Shown here in pieces: positions 28,147-37,745 of a stretch of 41,749 nt of DNA (position 1 is the stretch's first letter; every line of letters begins with the position of its first letter). The position numbers and the translations under genes are program-made. A model generated the notes under the pieces. It searched no databases. It saw nothing but the letters and a program-made list of their open reading frames with translations, and was not told the DNA's origin. The stretch comes from Gammaproteobacteria bacterium (GTDB lineage: Bacteria > Pseudomonadota > Gammaproteobacteria > Pseudomonadales > Oleiphilaceae), in the NCBI GenBank assembly GCA_003695085.1, contig RFIV01000126.1, positions 1 to 41,749 of the forward strand, written 5' to 3'.

Positions 28147-30087
28147 TCAAACAGCCTGCCGCACACGGTTGAGCGACACCTCGGCGTCGCGCCCGGACTC
28201 CAGCACTCTGACTTCGGCAGAGTCCTCCGCGCCGATCTCCAGCGGAGGCAGCTCCCGCTCAGGCAAGGTAAACAGCGTGACTGTCCTGTTGAGGTGTTCG
28301 GCTGACCACTTGAGGCGGCCAATGTGCGCCGCCTGACGGCGCAGTTCCTGGTCTGTCAGGCGCGTGGAGCGAATGAGCTTGTCGGCCTGCTTGCGCAGCT
28401 CTGCCAGCGCATCGGCCTGAGCGGCGGTGCTTTCCGAAACCTGACCCACTTCCTCCACCATGCCGCTGGTCACATTCTGAGTCTGACGCATGGCCGCCCC
28501 GGCATCCTCTGCAAGCTTCGAGCCCTGCACCACCTGACCGATGGTACGGTTCATGGCTTCCACGGCGGCGGCCGTCTCGGACTGAATATTGCGTACCAGC
28601 GCATTGATCTGGGCGGTGGAGTTGCGCGAGTTTTCCGCCAGCCGCTGCACTTCATCCGCCACCACAGCGAATCCGCGCCCGGCTTCACCCGCTGCTGCCG
28701 CCTGCATACTGGCATTAAGTGCCAGTACATGCGTCCGCTCGGAGAGGCTGCCAATCATGTCGGTGATGGTGCCGATTTCCTGACTGCGCTCAGACAGCCG
28801 CTTGATACGCTTTTCGGTCTCGGAGATCACGTCCCGGATTTCCGCCATGGCGCGCACGGTACTCCCCACGGTCTCGAATGCCTGCCCGGTAGATGCCGAG
28901 ACGCCCTCCGCCGTGGCATTGGCTGCCCGGCACTGCTCGGACACCTGACGCATGGCGGCTGCTATCATGTCCAGCCGCTTGACCATCTGTTCCACCAGCA
29001 CGCGTTCCTGTGCCGCGACCTGACTGACCTTCTGGCTCTGGCTGGCCACCGCCTGACCGGAGACTTCGACAAGCTCACCAATCTGGCGAATACGCAAGAG
29101 GGCGTCCGATGTGGCGTCCGTGACCATGTTCAGGGAGTCAGCAACCGGCCCGGTAATGTCTTCACGAACGATGAGACGTGTATTGAGGTCGCGGTCGGCC
29201 AGCTTTGAGGTCCCTTCGAGCAGCTCGATAATGGATTCGTTGAGCTGTTCGTTTTCCTTCTCGATGCGTACCAGAGTCGCTACCCGGTCATCCAGCAGTT
29301 CGTCCAGTGCCTGAGCCAGTCGTGCCAGCTCATCTGTGCCCGACAGGTGTGTGCGGACATCGGTCTGACCTTCAGCAATGGCCGACACCGTCGCCCCGAT
29401 GCGGGCCACCGGTCCCAGAATGGAACGCCGGATGGCCACGCCCAACCCAACGGTCAAGCCGAGCACCAGCAGCGTCAGTACCCCGCCCGCCATCGCCAGT
29501 CGGGTCTGGGTGGCAATCACTTCACTGAATGCGGTGCCCGCTTCGTGGGTCAGCTGCTGGGAATAGTTGTTCAGCGCTTCGATAAACCCAGCCGTTTCAG
29601 CGTCCAGATCATTGAGCACGTACAGCTCCAGCTCGGCCTGAGATTGCCGTTCTGCCAGGCCGTCAAACCCAGCCAACGCCTTCTGAACAGGTTGCACACT
29701 TTTTTCCAGGCTCGCCTGGATGGCCTTCTCCATATGCGATTCGTCTTCACCAACCGCATGCGCCTTCAGGAAGCGCTCCCACTCGTTAGTGAAACGGGTC
29801 CGCGCCTGACGCACGCGGTCTCGCGCTTCGGCCCAGGTCAGCTTGCCTGCCAGCAGCTGGTTGAGGGTATCGATGAAGCCGCGCTGCAGGGCCTGACGCA
29901 ACTGAACCACCTGGTTCGACTCCTGTACCTTGTGGTGCAGGTCCGACGATTGCGTGCGGCTGTAGCCAAAGCCCACCGCAGCGAAGACGATTACGATCAC
30001 CAGTGCTCCGATGGCGACACCAGACAGCAGCCCTAGCCGTTGCCCGATATTCAGGCGCCCCAGATCGGGATTGAAATGCAGTTTCAT
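28147..30087 (-). CDS. Methyl-accepting chemotaxis protein, PilJ-like
   Basis: Two TM helices around a roughly 150-aa helical periplasmic domain, HAMP region, signalling tip [34 protein letters not shown] (PilJ-type). Confidence 0.93.
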   Translation of the reverse strand: MKLHFNPDLGRLNIGQRLGLLSGVAIGALVIVIVFAAVGFGYSRTQSSDLHHKVQESNQVVQLRQALQRGFIDTLNQLLAGKLTWAEARDRVRQARTRFTNEWERFLKAHAVGEDESHMEKAIQASLEKSVQPVQKALAGFDGLAERQSQAELELYVLNDLDAETAGFIEALNNYSQQLTHEAGTAFSEVIATQTRLAMAGGVLTLLVLGLTVGLGVAIRRSILGPVARIGATVSAIAEGQTDVRTHLSGTDELARLAQALDELLDDRVATLVRIEKENEQLNESIIELLEGTSKLADRDLNTRLIVREDITGPVADSLNMVTDATSDALLRIRQIGELVEVSGQAVASQSQKVSQVAAQERVLVEQMVKRLDMIAAAMRQVSEQCRAANATAEGVSASTGQAFETVGSTVRAMAEIRDVISETEKRIKRLSERSQEIGTITDMIGSLSERTHVLALNASMQAAAAGEAGRGFAVVADEVQRLAENSRNSTAQINALVRNIQSETAAAVEAMNRTIGQVVQGSKLAEDAGAAMRQTQNVTSGMVEEVGQVSESTAAQADALAELRKQADKLIRSTRLTDQELRRQAAHIGRLKWSAEHLNRTVTLFTLPERELPPLEIGAEDSAEVRVLESGRDAEVSLNRVRQAV

Positions 30088-30102
30088 GACGTGCCTCCTT
30101 TC

Positions 30103-31323
30103 TCAGAACAGTTGCTGCCACAGCGACACCTGCATGGGGTCGTAGCGGTTGTGATTGAAGTAGGTCAGGGTGACCTGATCAGACCCCTGATTGTCATCGG
30201 TAAAGTCCAGTTTGAGCCCGCCCAGATCGAACGTGCTGCCCTGTGCAGCCCTGACAAAGGCACGTGGCGTCAGTGGCCCCTTGATGCGATTGGCAATGGC
30301 CAGAAACATGCGGCCCACGATGTAGCCCTCAAGGCTGACGTAAGAGAACTGATCACCCAGTGCTTCACGTGCCGCGCGGACAATCGGCAAGTCACTGTCG
30401 ATATCCGGCACCACCTGTGTCATCACCACCCGATCCCTGACACTGAAACGTGCCAGGGTGTCACGAAGGTTGTCTGCACCCGTGAAGGAGACCGCACTGA
30501 TGAGCCAGTCTTCCCCTTTCTGCCGCGCATAGCCTGCAAAACGCGCCACCGCACTGTAGGCCCCGACGGTTACAACCAGGCGGCAGCGGGTATTCTGGCT
30601 TGCTTCCCAGGCCTTGAGGGAGTCATACCCCGCACGCGAGGCCAACGTATTGCGCTCGTAAACACCCACCGGCCCCACGTTATTGCGCTGTCCCGTTTCA
30701 TCCGCCAGAATCTGGTCCAGGGTCTCCAGTATGGGGCCGCTGCCGGGCGCACGTGCCAGGGCCTGTCGGATCCCCTCAACACCGGCCATGCCATAGGCGT
30801 CGTTCTGTACAAAAGCGCAGATCTCGCTGGCCTTGAGCCCCGAACGCAACCCCTCGCGGATGACCGCTGCCGTTTCCTGAACATAACTGGCGCGGTAGTT
30901 GATGATGTCACCGACGCCGGGGCGCAACAGACCCGCGCCGGTAAAGAATCCGACCGCCGGCACGTTGTTCCGGGCCAGAATGGGCAGGGCGACCTTTGCG
31001 GTGGGCGTCCCTACATTGCCCACCATGGCAAAGATGCCGCGCTGAATCAGCTCGTTCACCCCCTTGACCGTCAATTCGGGGTTGTAGGAGTCGTTCACCA
31101 CCACGTACTCGATACGCTTGCCCTTCACGGTTTCTCCGCGAATGGCCGCCTCGACGCCGGCTTTCATGCCCTGGCCCAGCCCGCGGGAGTGCCCTTCCAG
31201 ATCCATGACACCGCCGATAACGATCCTGTCGGCATACACCCCGGGTACTGCCCCGAAGGCCGACAGACTCCAGAAAAGACTTCCGGCCAGAAGCCCCGCA
31301 ACCCACTTCACGTGTTTCATCAT
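30103..31323 (-). CDS. Type 1 periplasmic binding protein (LivJ-like fold), orphan SBP
   Basis: Signal peptide, PGVYADRIVIG, NDSYNP, VGNVGTPT, FFTGAGLLR, NYRASYVQE, FVQNDAYG, SLEGYI; no permease or ATPase nearby. Confidence 0.88.
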   Translation of the reverse strand: MMKHVKWVAGLLAGSLFWSLSAFGAVPGVYADRIVIGGVMDLEGHSRGLGQGMKAGVEAAIRGETVKGKRIEYVVVNDSYNPELTVKGVNELIQRGIFAMVGNVGTPTAKVALPILARNNVPAVGFFTGAGLLRPGVGDIINYRASYVQETAAVIREGLRSGLKASEICAFVQNDAYGMAGVEGIRQALARAPGSGPILETLDQILADETGQRNNVGPVGVYERNTLASRAGYDSLKAWEASQNTRCRLVVTVGAYSAVARFAGYARQKGEDWLISAVSFTGADNLRDTLARFSVRDRVVMTQVVPDIDSDLPIVRAAREALGDQFSYVSLEGYIVGRMFLAIANRIKGPLTPRAFVRAAQGSTFDLGGLKLDFTDDNQGSDQVTLTYFNHNRYDPMQVSLWQQLF

Positions 31324-31344
31324 CCTCTCCTTCCCCTTCGCATC

Positions 31345-31932
31345 TCAGAGCGCACCGGCCACCGCAGCCAGCGCCGAAACATCCACACACGCCCACACAC
31401 CCTCTTTCGCATGGGCATACCCACGTATCCATCCGGCGGTCGGCCCGGTGGGTGCTGCCGGTTGTGCCCACAGTGACTCCGGCAACCTGACAGGCCGAGG
31501 CATTCCAAGAATCCGCAGACCGCACGTAACGCCCCCTTGGCGGACGATCAGCGTACGTATCTGGTTGTCATTTCCCTGTTCACGACGCCGCCGCCTCCCC
31601 TCCACCTGCTGGCCGGCATCCGCGCCCGGATCCCATACCGGCATCAGTTCACCGCCATGAATCAGAAACCCGGCCAGCAATCTGGGTGCTCCCGGCACCG
31701 CACAAATTCGCCCATCGTCCAGCAGCGCCAACGTATCCGTTCGGGGCAGCCAGCAGGCCTGACCGGCCAACTGAAAGCCATAGCCGTCAAGCTGTTTCTC
31801 GGGTACAACTTCTTCACCCTCCTGTAACACCGGAGCCTTTGACAACGCTCTCTTGTTCAGCAAGGCCAGAGCCTGAGAGGGCGCAAGCAAGCCCGCCCCC
31901 TGCTTGCCAGGGCGTTCGTTCATCTTCTCCAT
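31345..31932 (-). CDS. CheW-like protein (PilI position)
   Basis: GYGFQLAG, ICAVPGAPRLLAGFLIHGGELMPVWD, CGLRILGMP. Confidence 0.8.
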   Translation of the reverse strand: MEKMNERPGKQGAGLLAPSQALALLNKRALSKAPVLQEGEEVVPEKQLDGYGFQLAGQACWLPRTDTLALLDDGRICAVPGAPRLLAGFLIHGGELMPVWDPGADAGQQVEGRRRRREQGNDNQIRTLIVRQGGVTCGLRILGMPRPVRLPESLWAQPAAPTGPTAGWIRGYAHAKEGVWACVDVSALAAVAGAL

Positions 31933-31945
31933 CCTCGTTCGGGGT

Positions 31946-32311
31946 TCAGGCGCAGTAACGCTGAATCTCAGTGACGATCTGATTCTCTTCGTACGGCTTC
32001 GAAATCAGTGCACGTGCTCCCTGCTTCATGGCCCAAAGCTGGTCCGCCTTTTGTTTCTTGCTCGAAACAAACACCACAGGAATGGCCTTGAGCTCAGGGT
32101 CGCGGGTCATTTCCCGGCACGCGGCAAAGCCGTCCATGCCATCCATGATGATGTCCATCAACACCATGCCGGGCTTCTCGGCACGGGCCAGGCGGACGGC
32201 TTCCTCGCCCGAATGGGCTTTCACGGGTTCAAAACCCGCTTCACGGACGATGTTTGCCAGATAAGTCAGATCAGTTTCGCTGTCGTCAACGACCAGAATC
32301 TTGCGATTCAT
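31946..32311 (-). CDS. Single-domain response regulator, PilH-like
   Basis: KILVVDDS, VLMDIIMDGMDGFAACR, DPELKAIPVVFVSSK.QKADQLWAMKQGA..LISKP. Confidence 0.92.
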   Translation of the reverse strand: MNRKILVVDDSETDLTYLANIVREAGFEPVKAHSGEEAVRLARAEKPGMVLMDIIMDGMDGFAACREMTRDPELKAIPVVFVSSKKQKADQLWAMKQGARALISKPYEENQIVTEIQRYCA

Positions 32312-32326
32312 GTGGGGACTCCTTCT

Positions 32327-33085
32327 TCAGGCCAATCGTGTGTTGGGAAAAGCAGCCGGTACCGATGCAGGGGTGCTGGCAAGGAAGCGTGTCACCGCTT
32401 CTCGCAGTGCCTGATCCTCCGGCGGCTTGGTGATATATCCGTCGCAGCCGGCGATACGGGCCTTGACCCGGTTGTACGCCGAGGTTTTGCTAGTCAGCAT
32501 GATCACATGAGATCCGGATAGCTTCTTGATCTGACGGCACGCCTGATAACCATCCATGCCTTCCATCATCACATCCATGAACACCAGCGGATAATGGTGC
32601 TGGCTGCATAGCAATAGCGCGTCCTCACCGGATTCGGCCACATCCACACCAACTCTCAGATGAAACAGCTCATGCAGTTTCTGCTTCATGAACGTCCGCA
32701 CCGGAAGGCTGTCATCCACCACCAGCACGTTCAGCACGTGAGCCTCTTCGGCTTCGGCCTGCCTGAACGCGGTGGCGTCCTCAAGCGCATGGGCCAGTTT
32801 GCGAAACAGAAGGGGGCGCGTGAGGTGAATGGCCCCCGGTGGTGCCTGATCATGATCGGAGATCGTGATCACTGCTTCATAGAGGTGGTCATTGAGCGCC
32901 CTTTCTGCCTGACGCCAGCGCTCGGGGGAATCGATATCAATAAGAAGTACCTGGCCTTCGTGGGCACGCTGGGGGTGTGCCAAGGCAAACATGCCGTACC
33001 AGGTTTCATCCATGCGCGAGAGATTACGGATGAGAATCATGTCCCGACCGCGCAGCCCCTCGTGCGCCAGAATCACGCTGTCCAT
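32327..33085 (-). CDS. Response regulator with an N-terminal extension (PilG/PatA position)
   Basis: C-terminal REC VLVVDDSLPVR, VFMDVMMEGMDGYQACRQIK, IMLTSK, AGCDGYITKP; about 115-aa N-terminal domain; AAGGAG RBS before ATG 33085. Confidence 0.88.
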   Translation of the reverse strand: MDSVILAHEGLRGRDMILIRNLSRMDETWYGMFALAHPQRAHEGQVLLIDIDSPERWRQAERALNDHLYEAVITISDHDQAPPGAIHLTRPLLFRKLAHALEDATAFRQAEAEEAHVLNVLVVDDSLPVRTFMKQKLHELFHLRVGVDVAESGEDALLLCSQHHYPLVFMDVMMEGMDGYQACRQIKKLSGSHVIMLTSKTSAYNRVKARIAGCDGYITKPPEDQALREAVTRFLASTPASVPAAFPNTRLA

Positions 33086-33170
33086 CGTGCACTCCTTTTC
33101 TGCACCGGGATCACAGCACATCTGTTACCCCGTTCACGTACCTACACTATGGCGTCAGAATGGGACATTG

Positions 33171-33257
33171 GTCAAAATTTAAACTGTGTATTTGTCAAAC
33201 AACGTCAAACAATATATTTTGACGCATTTCATTATGTTTGATTGAGTAATTTTTGAC
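33171..33257. promoter_or_regulatory. AT-rich divergent control region with repeated GTCAAA/TTTGAC half-sites
   Basis: GTCAAA at 33171, 33194 and 33204; TTTGAC at 33218 and 33252; inverted repeat CGTCAAA-N8-TTTGACG at 33203-33224. Confidence 0.6.
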
Positions 33258-33369
33258 ACCCAAACGTGTTTTTTCATGCCATGCCATGCTAAGCATGAGC
33301 GCCGCCAGAGCAAAAACTTCTATAGCCACGCTTCGCCACGTTCTATAGTGATGATCAGGGAGAGAGGAC

Positions 33370-34182
33370 ATGTCACGCTGGATCACCTTTTGCGCCACAG
33401 CCAGTCTCTGTCTGATGCTGAGCCTGCAAGCCCGGGCGGGTGGGCAGACCTGTAACCGGGCATTTCTGGTGGGCTGGGAACCCTGGCCGCCCTATCAGTA
33501 TGTCGATGCCACAGGACACCTGACCGGGCTGGATATCGAGTTGGTACAGGCGGTCATGGGCGCGTTGTCCTGCGAAGTCCGCTTCCAGCAACTGCCCTGG
33601 AAGCGACAATTGCTGCACATTCAGAAAGGCCTGCTGGATCTGGCCCCGGGCGCTTCGCGCACCTCGGAGCGTGAAGCGTACGGCCGTTTCAGTGTGCCCC
33701 TTCGCGATGAACAGGTCGTTCTTCTGGCACGCAAGGATTCCCTTTGGAACGGGCGCATTCACTCACTGGCGGACACCCTCAGTCAGCCCGTCCGCCTGGT
33801 GGGTACCATTGGCTACTATTACGGCCCGGAATTTGAAAACCTGCTTGAGCGACGCTCACTGGGCACCCGGCTGCTGCTTGTCAGTACGGACCAGATCGGC
33901 TACCAGATGCTGCTCAATGGCCGCGCGGACGTCATGCTGGTGGATCCGGTCTCCGCGGCAGCCTCACTGGCCGTGTTGGGTGAGGCGCACCGGATGCGAA
34001 TACTGGGGGAAGTCTACCGCTCGCCCATCCATGCACTGTTCTCACAACGGTCCGTTTCCGAGCAGTTCGTGCAGCGCTTCGATCAGGCCGTCGAGAAACT
34101 GGAGCGTGACGGTACGCTCCCGGCGATCCGCGCGCGCTACATGCTCACAGCCCCACAAGCGCCACTGCCAGCAACACGGTAA
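33370..34182 (+). CDS. Orphan polar amino acid-type substrate-binding protein (SBP family 3)
   Basis: Signal peptide ending ARA, WEPWPPYQY, GLDIEL, LPWKR, G.LDL..GASRT.ERE, L.GRADV, FDQA...L..DGT. Confidence 0.88.
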   Translation: MSRWITFCATASLCLMLSLQARAGGQTCNRAFLVGWEPWPPYQYVDATGHLTGLDIELVQAVMGALSCEVRFQQLPWKRQLLHIQKGLLDLAPGASRTSEREAYGRFSVPLRDEQVVLLARKDSLWNGRIHSLADTLSQPVRLVGTIGYYYGPEFENLLERRSLGTRLLLVSTDQIGYQMLLNGRADVMLVDPVSAAASLAVLGEAHRMRILGEVYRSPIHALFSQRSVSEQFVQRFDQAVEKLERDGTLPAIRARYMLTAPQAPLPATR

Positions 34183-35092
34183 AGGCCAGAATGCCCGTGA
34201 TGACCGGCAACATGGTGGCCACCCAGCGTAGCTGCTCCTCCCAGGACTGACGCACCACGTCCGTCACACCGGGCTCCCACAGCTTGCCATCCGGACGCGT
34301 CTCGGGTGCAGCCACCAGCCTGGCCTCATTGAGCAAACCGCTCTTGAGAAAGGCACGCGAAAGTGACTCACCGGCCTTCACATCCGCCGCGATTTTCTGA
34401 TAGCGGGAGCGCAGATCCTCCCTTGGCTCGGTTTCTGCCGCAAGGGATACACTCTGGCGCACATCCATGCCGGACTGAATGCACCACCCCAGATTGAGGA
34501 GGTATTGATACAGGCTGCGTGTCACAACCACGGAGCGGCCCAGCGTAAAACGCTGCAGCCGGTTCCACAGGCCCGACGCCGGATCGATCCAGCGCCGGAT
34601 CAATCCACGGCCCAGCGGCCCCAGCAACAGCACCGCCACCGCACCAATGACACCCAGCGCACCCATGCGCGTTGCCCAGTCTTCCACCATGAGCGAGACC
34701 ACCGTCATCAGCGCAAGCCAGAACAGGGCATAGATACCCAGCATCTGCCAGATGAGTGCCCGCCCCGCACCGGCCACCGGCACATACATGTCACAGATAC
34801 GTGCAAAGCCCTCTCTCGGCCGGCCCAGCGCCAGGGACAGTGCCAGTACGCGCTGCTCCCAGGGCAAGAAGAAATCACTCTGCGTCAGCTGAGCCGTGAC
34901 CACCTCGCCTTCACGCGCCCGCTGCGCCAGCCGCGTCAGATCGTTGCGATACACCTTGGGCGAATACTGTGCCGCCTCTTCCCAAAATGCAGCAAGCTTC
35001 TCACTGTCTCCGGCTTCCCGGCCCGGCCAGTACTGCCCCAGATTGGCGAACAGCACCCCCCGGTTACCCGGCAAAACTGCGCCGTAACGCAT
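34145..35092 (-). CDS. Degenerate type II secretion F / PilC-like inner membrane protein
   Basis: Two repeats of the GspF pattern (LAQRAREGEVVTAQL..FFLPWE; LLNLGWCIQSGMDVRQSVSLA...IAADVKAGESLSRAF) with three TM segments; GGAGGAG RBS. Confidence 0.7.
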   Translation of the reverse strand: MRYGAVLPGNRGVLFANLGQYWPGREAGDSEKLAAFWEEAAQYSPKVYRNDLTRLAQRAREGEVVTAQLTQSDFFLPWEQRVLALSLALGRPREGFARICDMYVPVAGAGRALIWQMLGIYALFWLALMTVVSLMVEDWATRMGALGVIGAVAVLLLGPLGRGLIRRWIDPASGLWNRLQRFTLGRSVVVTRSLYQYLLNLGWCIQSGMDVRQSVSLAAETEPREDLRSRYQKIAADVKAGESLSRAFLKSGLLNEARLVAAPETRPDGKLWEPGVTDVVRQSWEEQLRWVATMLPVITGILAFTVLLAVALVGL

Positions 35093-35108
35093 TCACTCCT
35101 CCCCATAC

Positions 35109-35135
35109 AAAAAGGCCCTGAACATGGTCAGGGCC
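35109..35135 (-). terminator. Rho-independent terminator after maoP
   Basis: Minus strand reads GGCCCTGA-ccatgt-TCAGGGCC-TTTTT: 8-bp stem plus U5. Confidence 0.75.
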
Positions 35136-35158
35136 CGAGTGTGCATGATCCGATGCGA

Positions 35159-35506
35159 TCAGTCCATGTCGAAGTCGGTGTAATCCACCAGCTCGTCCGT
35201 ATCCACCGGACGACTCATGGCCGTCACATAGGCCAGGCGCGGTTGAGAGATGTACTTCATGTACTTGATCCAGGCACGTTCCACCGGCGTCTCGGCTTCA
35301 ACCTCACCGCTCACCACGGCCATGAATTTTTTCTCGGCCTCGGTTTCCGGCTGTTTCTCTCCGGTCATGAGCGCCTTGAGCGCCACCCCGCATTTTTCCA
35401 GGATTTCTGCTTCCTTGCGGGTAAATTCGCCGGAGCGACGAAAGCCCCGGGGGAAGAACTTGTTATCAAAGTAGGTCCGGCCGGTTACAAAATCTTGCTC
35501 ACTCAT
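35159..35506 (-). CDS. maoP: Macrodomain Ori protein MaoP (DUF413/YifE)
   Basis: YFDNKFFPRGFRRSGEFT.KEAEILE..G, PETEAEKKF, ERAWIKY, acidic tail. Confidence 0.9.
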   Translation of the reverse strand: MSEQDFVTGRTYFDNKFFPRGFRRSGEFTRKEAEILEKCGVALKALMTGEKQPETEAEKKFMAVVSGEVEAETPVERAWIKYMKYISQPRLAYVTAMSRPVDTDELVDYTDFDMD

Positions 35507-35605
35507 GCTTTTGCCCTCGTCAGCTCACATCCCACCAAAGATAGCCTAAATTTCGAACGGCGCGATTATGGCCAACTCCGGGGCGGGTGACAACCGGAAA
35601 ATTAC

Positions 35606-36076
35606 CTAGCTTTCAACCTGTACCGCCGCGATCGGTGCGCGCTCCGCCTTGAGCAACACTTCCCGGCGCGTCATGGGCCGGGCCAGCATGTCGGCCAGCG
35701 TGATTCGCGCGAAGATATCATTGACCGCCCCGTTCACGATCAGCCAGTTGGCCTGGATGGTGCAGTTGCCCGCTACTTCACACTCGTTCTCGGTGCGGCA
35801 GCAGTCCGTGAGCGCCACGCCGCCCTCGACCGCATGGATGACATCCGCCAGCGTCACGGCTGCGGCGTCCCGACTCAGCCGATACCCGCCACGCGCCCCC
35901 CGCTCAGAGGCCACGACGCCGCCATCGACAAGCAACTTCATGACCTTGCGTACTGTCGGCACCGTCAACGCGGTGCGCTCGGCCACTTGCTCGAGCTTGA
36001 CCAGCTCCGGCCCCAACTCCGCCAGCGCAGCACTGATCAGCAAACCATAGTCCGCCAGTCGTGCAAGTCGTATCAT
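35606..36076 (-). CDS. Rrf2-family SUF Fe-S assembly regulator
   Basis: MIRLARLADYG, PTVRKVMKLL, SERGARGGYRL, Cys cluster LTDCCRTENECEVAGNC..QANW; adjacent to sufB. Confidence 0.9.
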   Translation of the reverse strand: MIRLARLADYGLLISAALAELGPELVKLEQVAERTALTVPTVRKVMKLLVDGGVVASERGARGGYRLSRDAAAVTLADVIHAVEGGVALTDCCRTENECEVAGNCTIQANWLIVNGAVNDIFARITLADMLARPMTRREVLLKAERAPIAAVQVES

Positions 36077-36102
36077 CTCAGCCCCCGGCCTCTTTCATTC
36101 AT

Positions 36103-36115
36103 TACCGATTCGGTA
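36103..36115. promoter_or_regulatory. Palindrome in the Rrf2/sufB divergent region, candidate operator
   Basis: TACCGA-T-TCGGTA, 5 bp before TTGACA (36121-36126). Confidence 0.45.
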
Positions 36116-36193
36116 TTGATTTGACACCCCACATTAACTAATATTGACGCCAGTGTAAATTTCTTTCCTGTGCCCAGTTTTTCGGGAGCCCGC

Positions 36194-37642
<1,449 letters not shown>

Positions 37643-37645
37643 GCC

Positions 37646-37709
37646 TCGGGATCCGGCTGAAAGGCCGACCCGACACAAAAGATTATACCGAGCGCCGGGG
37701 ACACGGCGC
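37646..37709 (+). repeat. Two intergenic hairpins between sufB and sufC (possible REP-like or stabilising elements)
   Basis: TCGGG-atc-CGGCT-GAAA-GGCCG-a-CCCGA (37646-37673, GNRA loop) and GCGCCG-gggaca-CGGCGC (37692-37709); no U-tract on the + strand. Confidence 0.5.
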
Positions 37710-37745
37710 CGCCCTGATTGAAACTTTTTTGCTGTGAGACCTGAC

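Noticed and set aside
33194-33224. Short repeats as a CRISPR remnant or an exact FleQ box
   Set aside because: Repeats are only 6-9 bp with no spacer periodicity, and the GTCA-TGAC spacing does not match the FleQ consensus
24613-35092. Chemosensory region as a mobile genomic island
   Set aside because: No integrase, transposase, tRNA or flanking direct repeats seen; a compositional shift cannot be shown without computation
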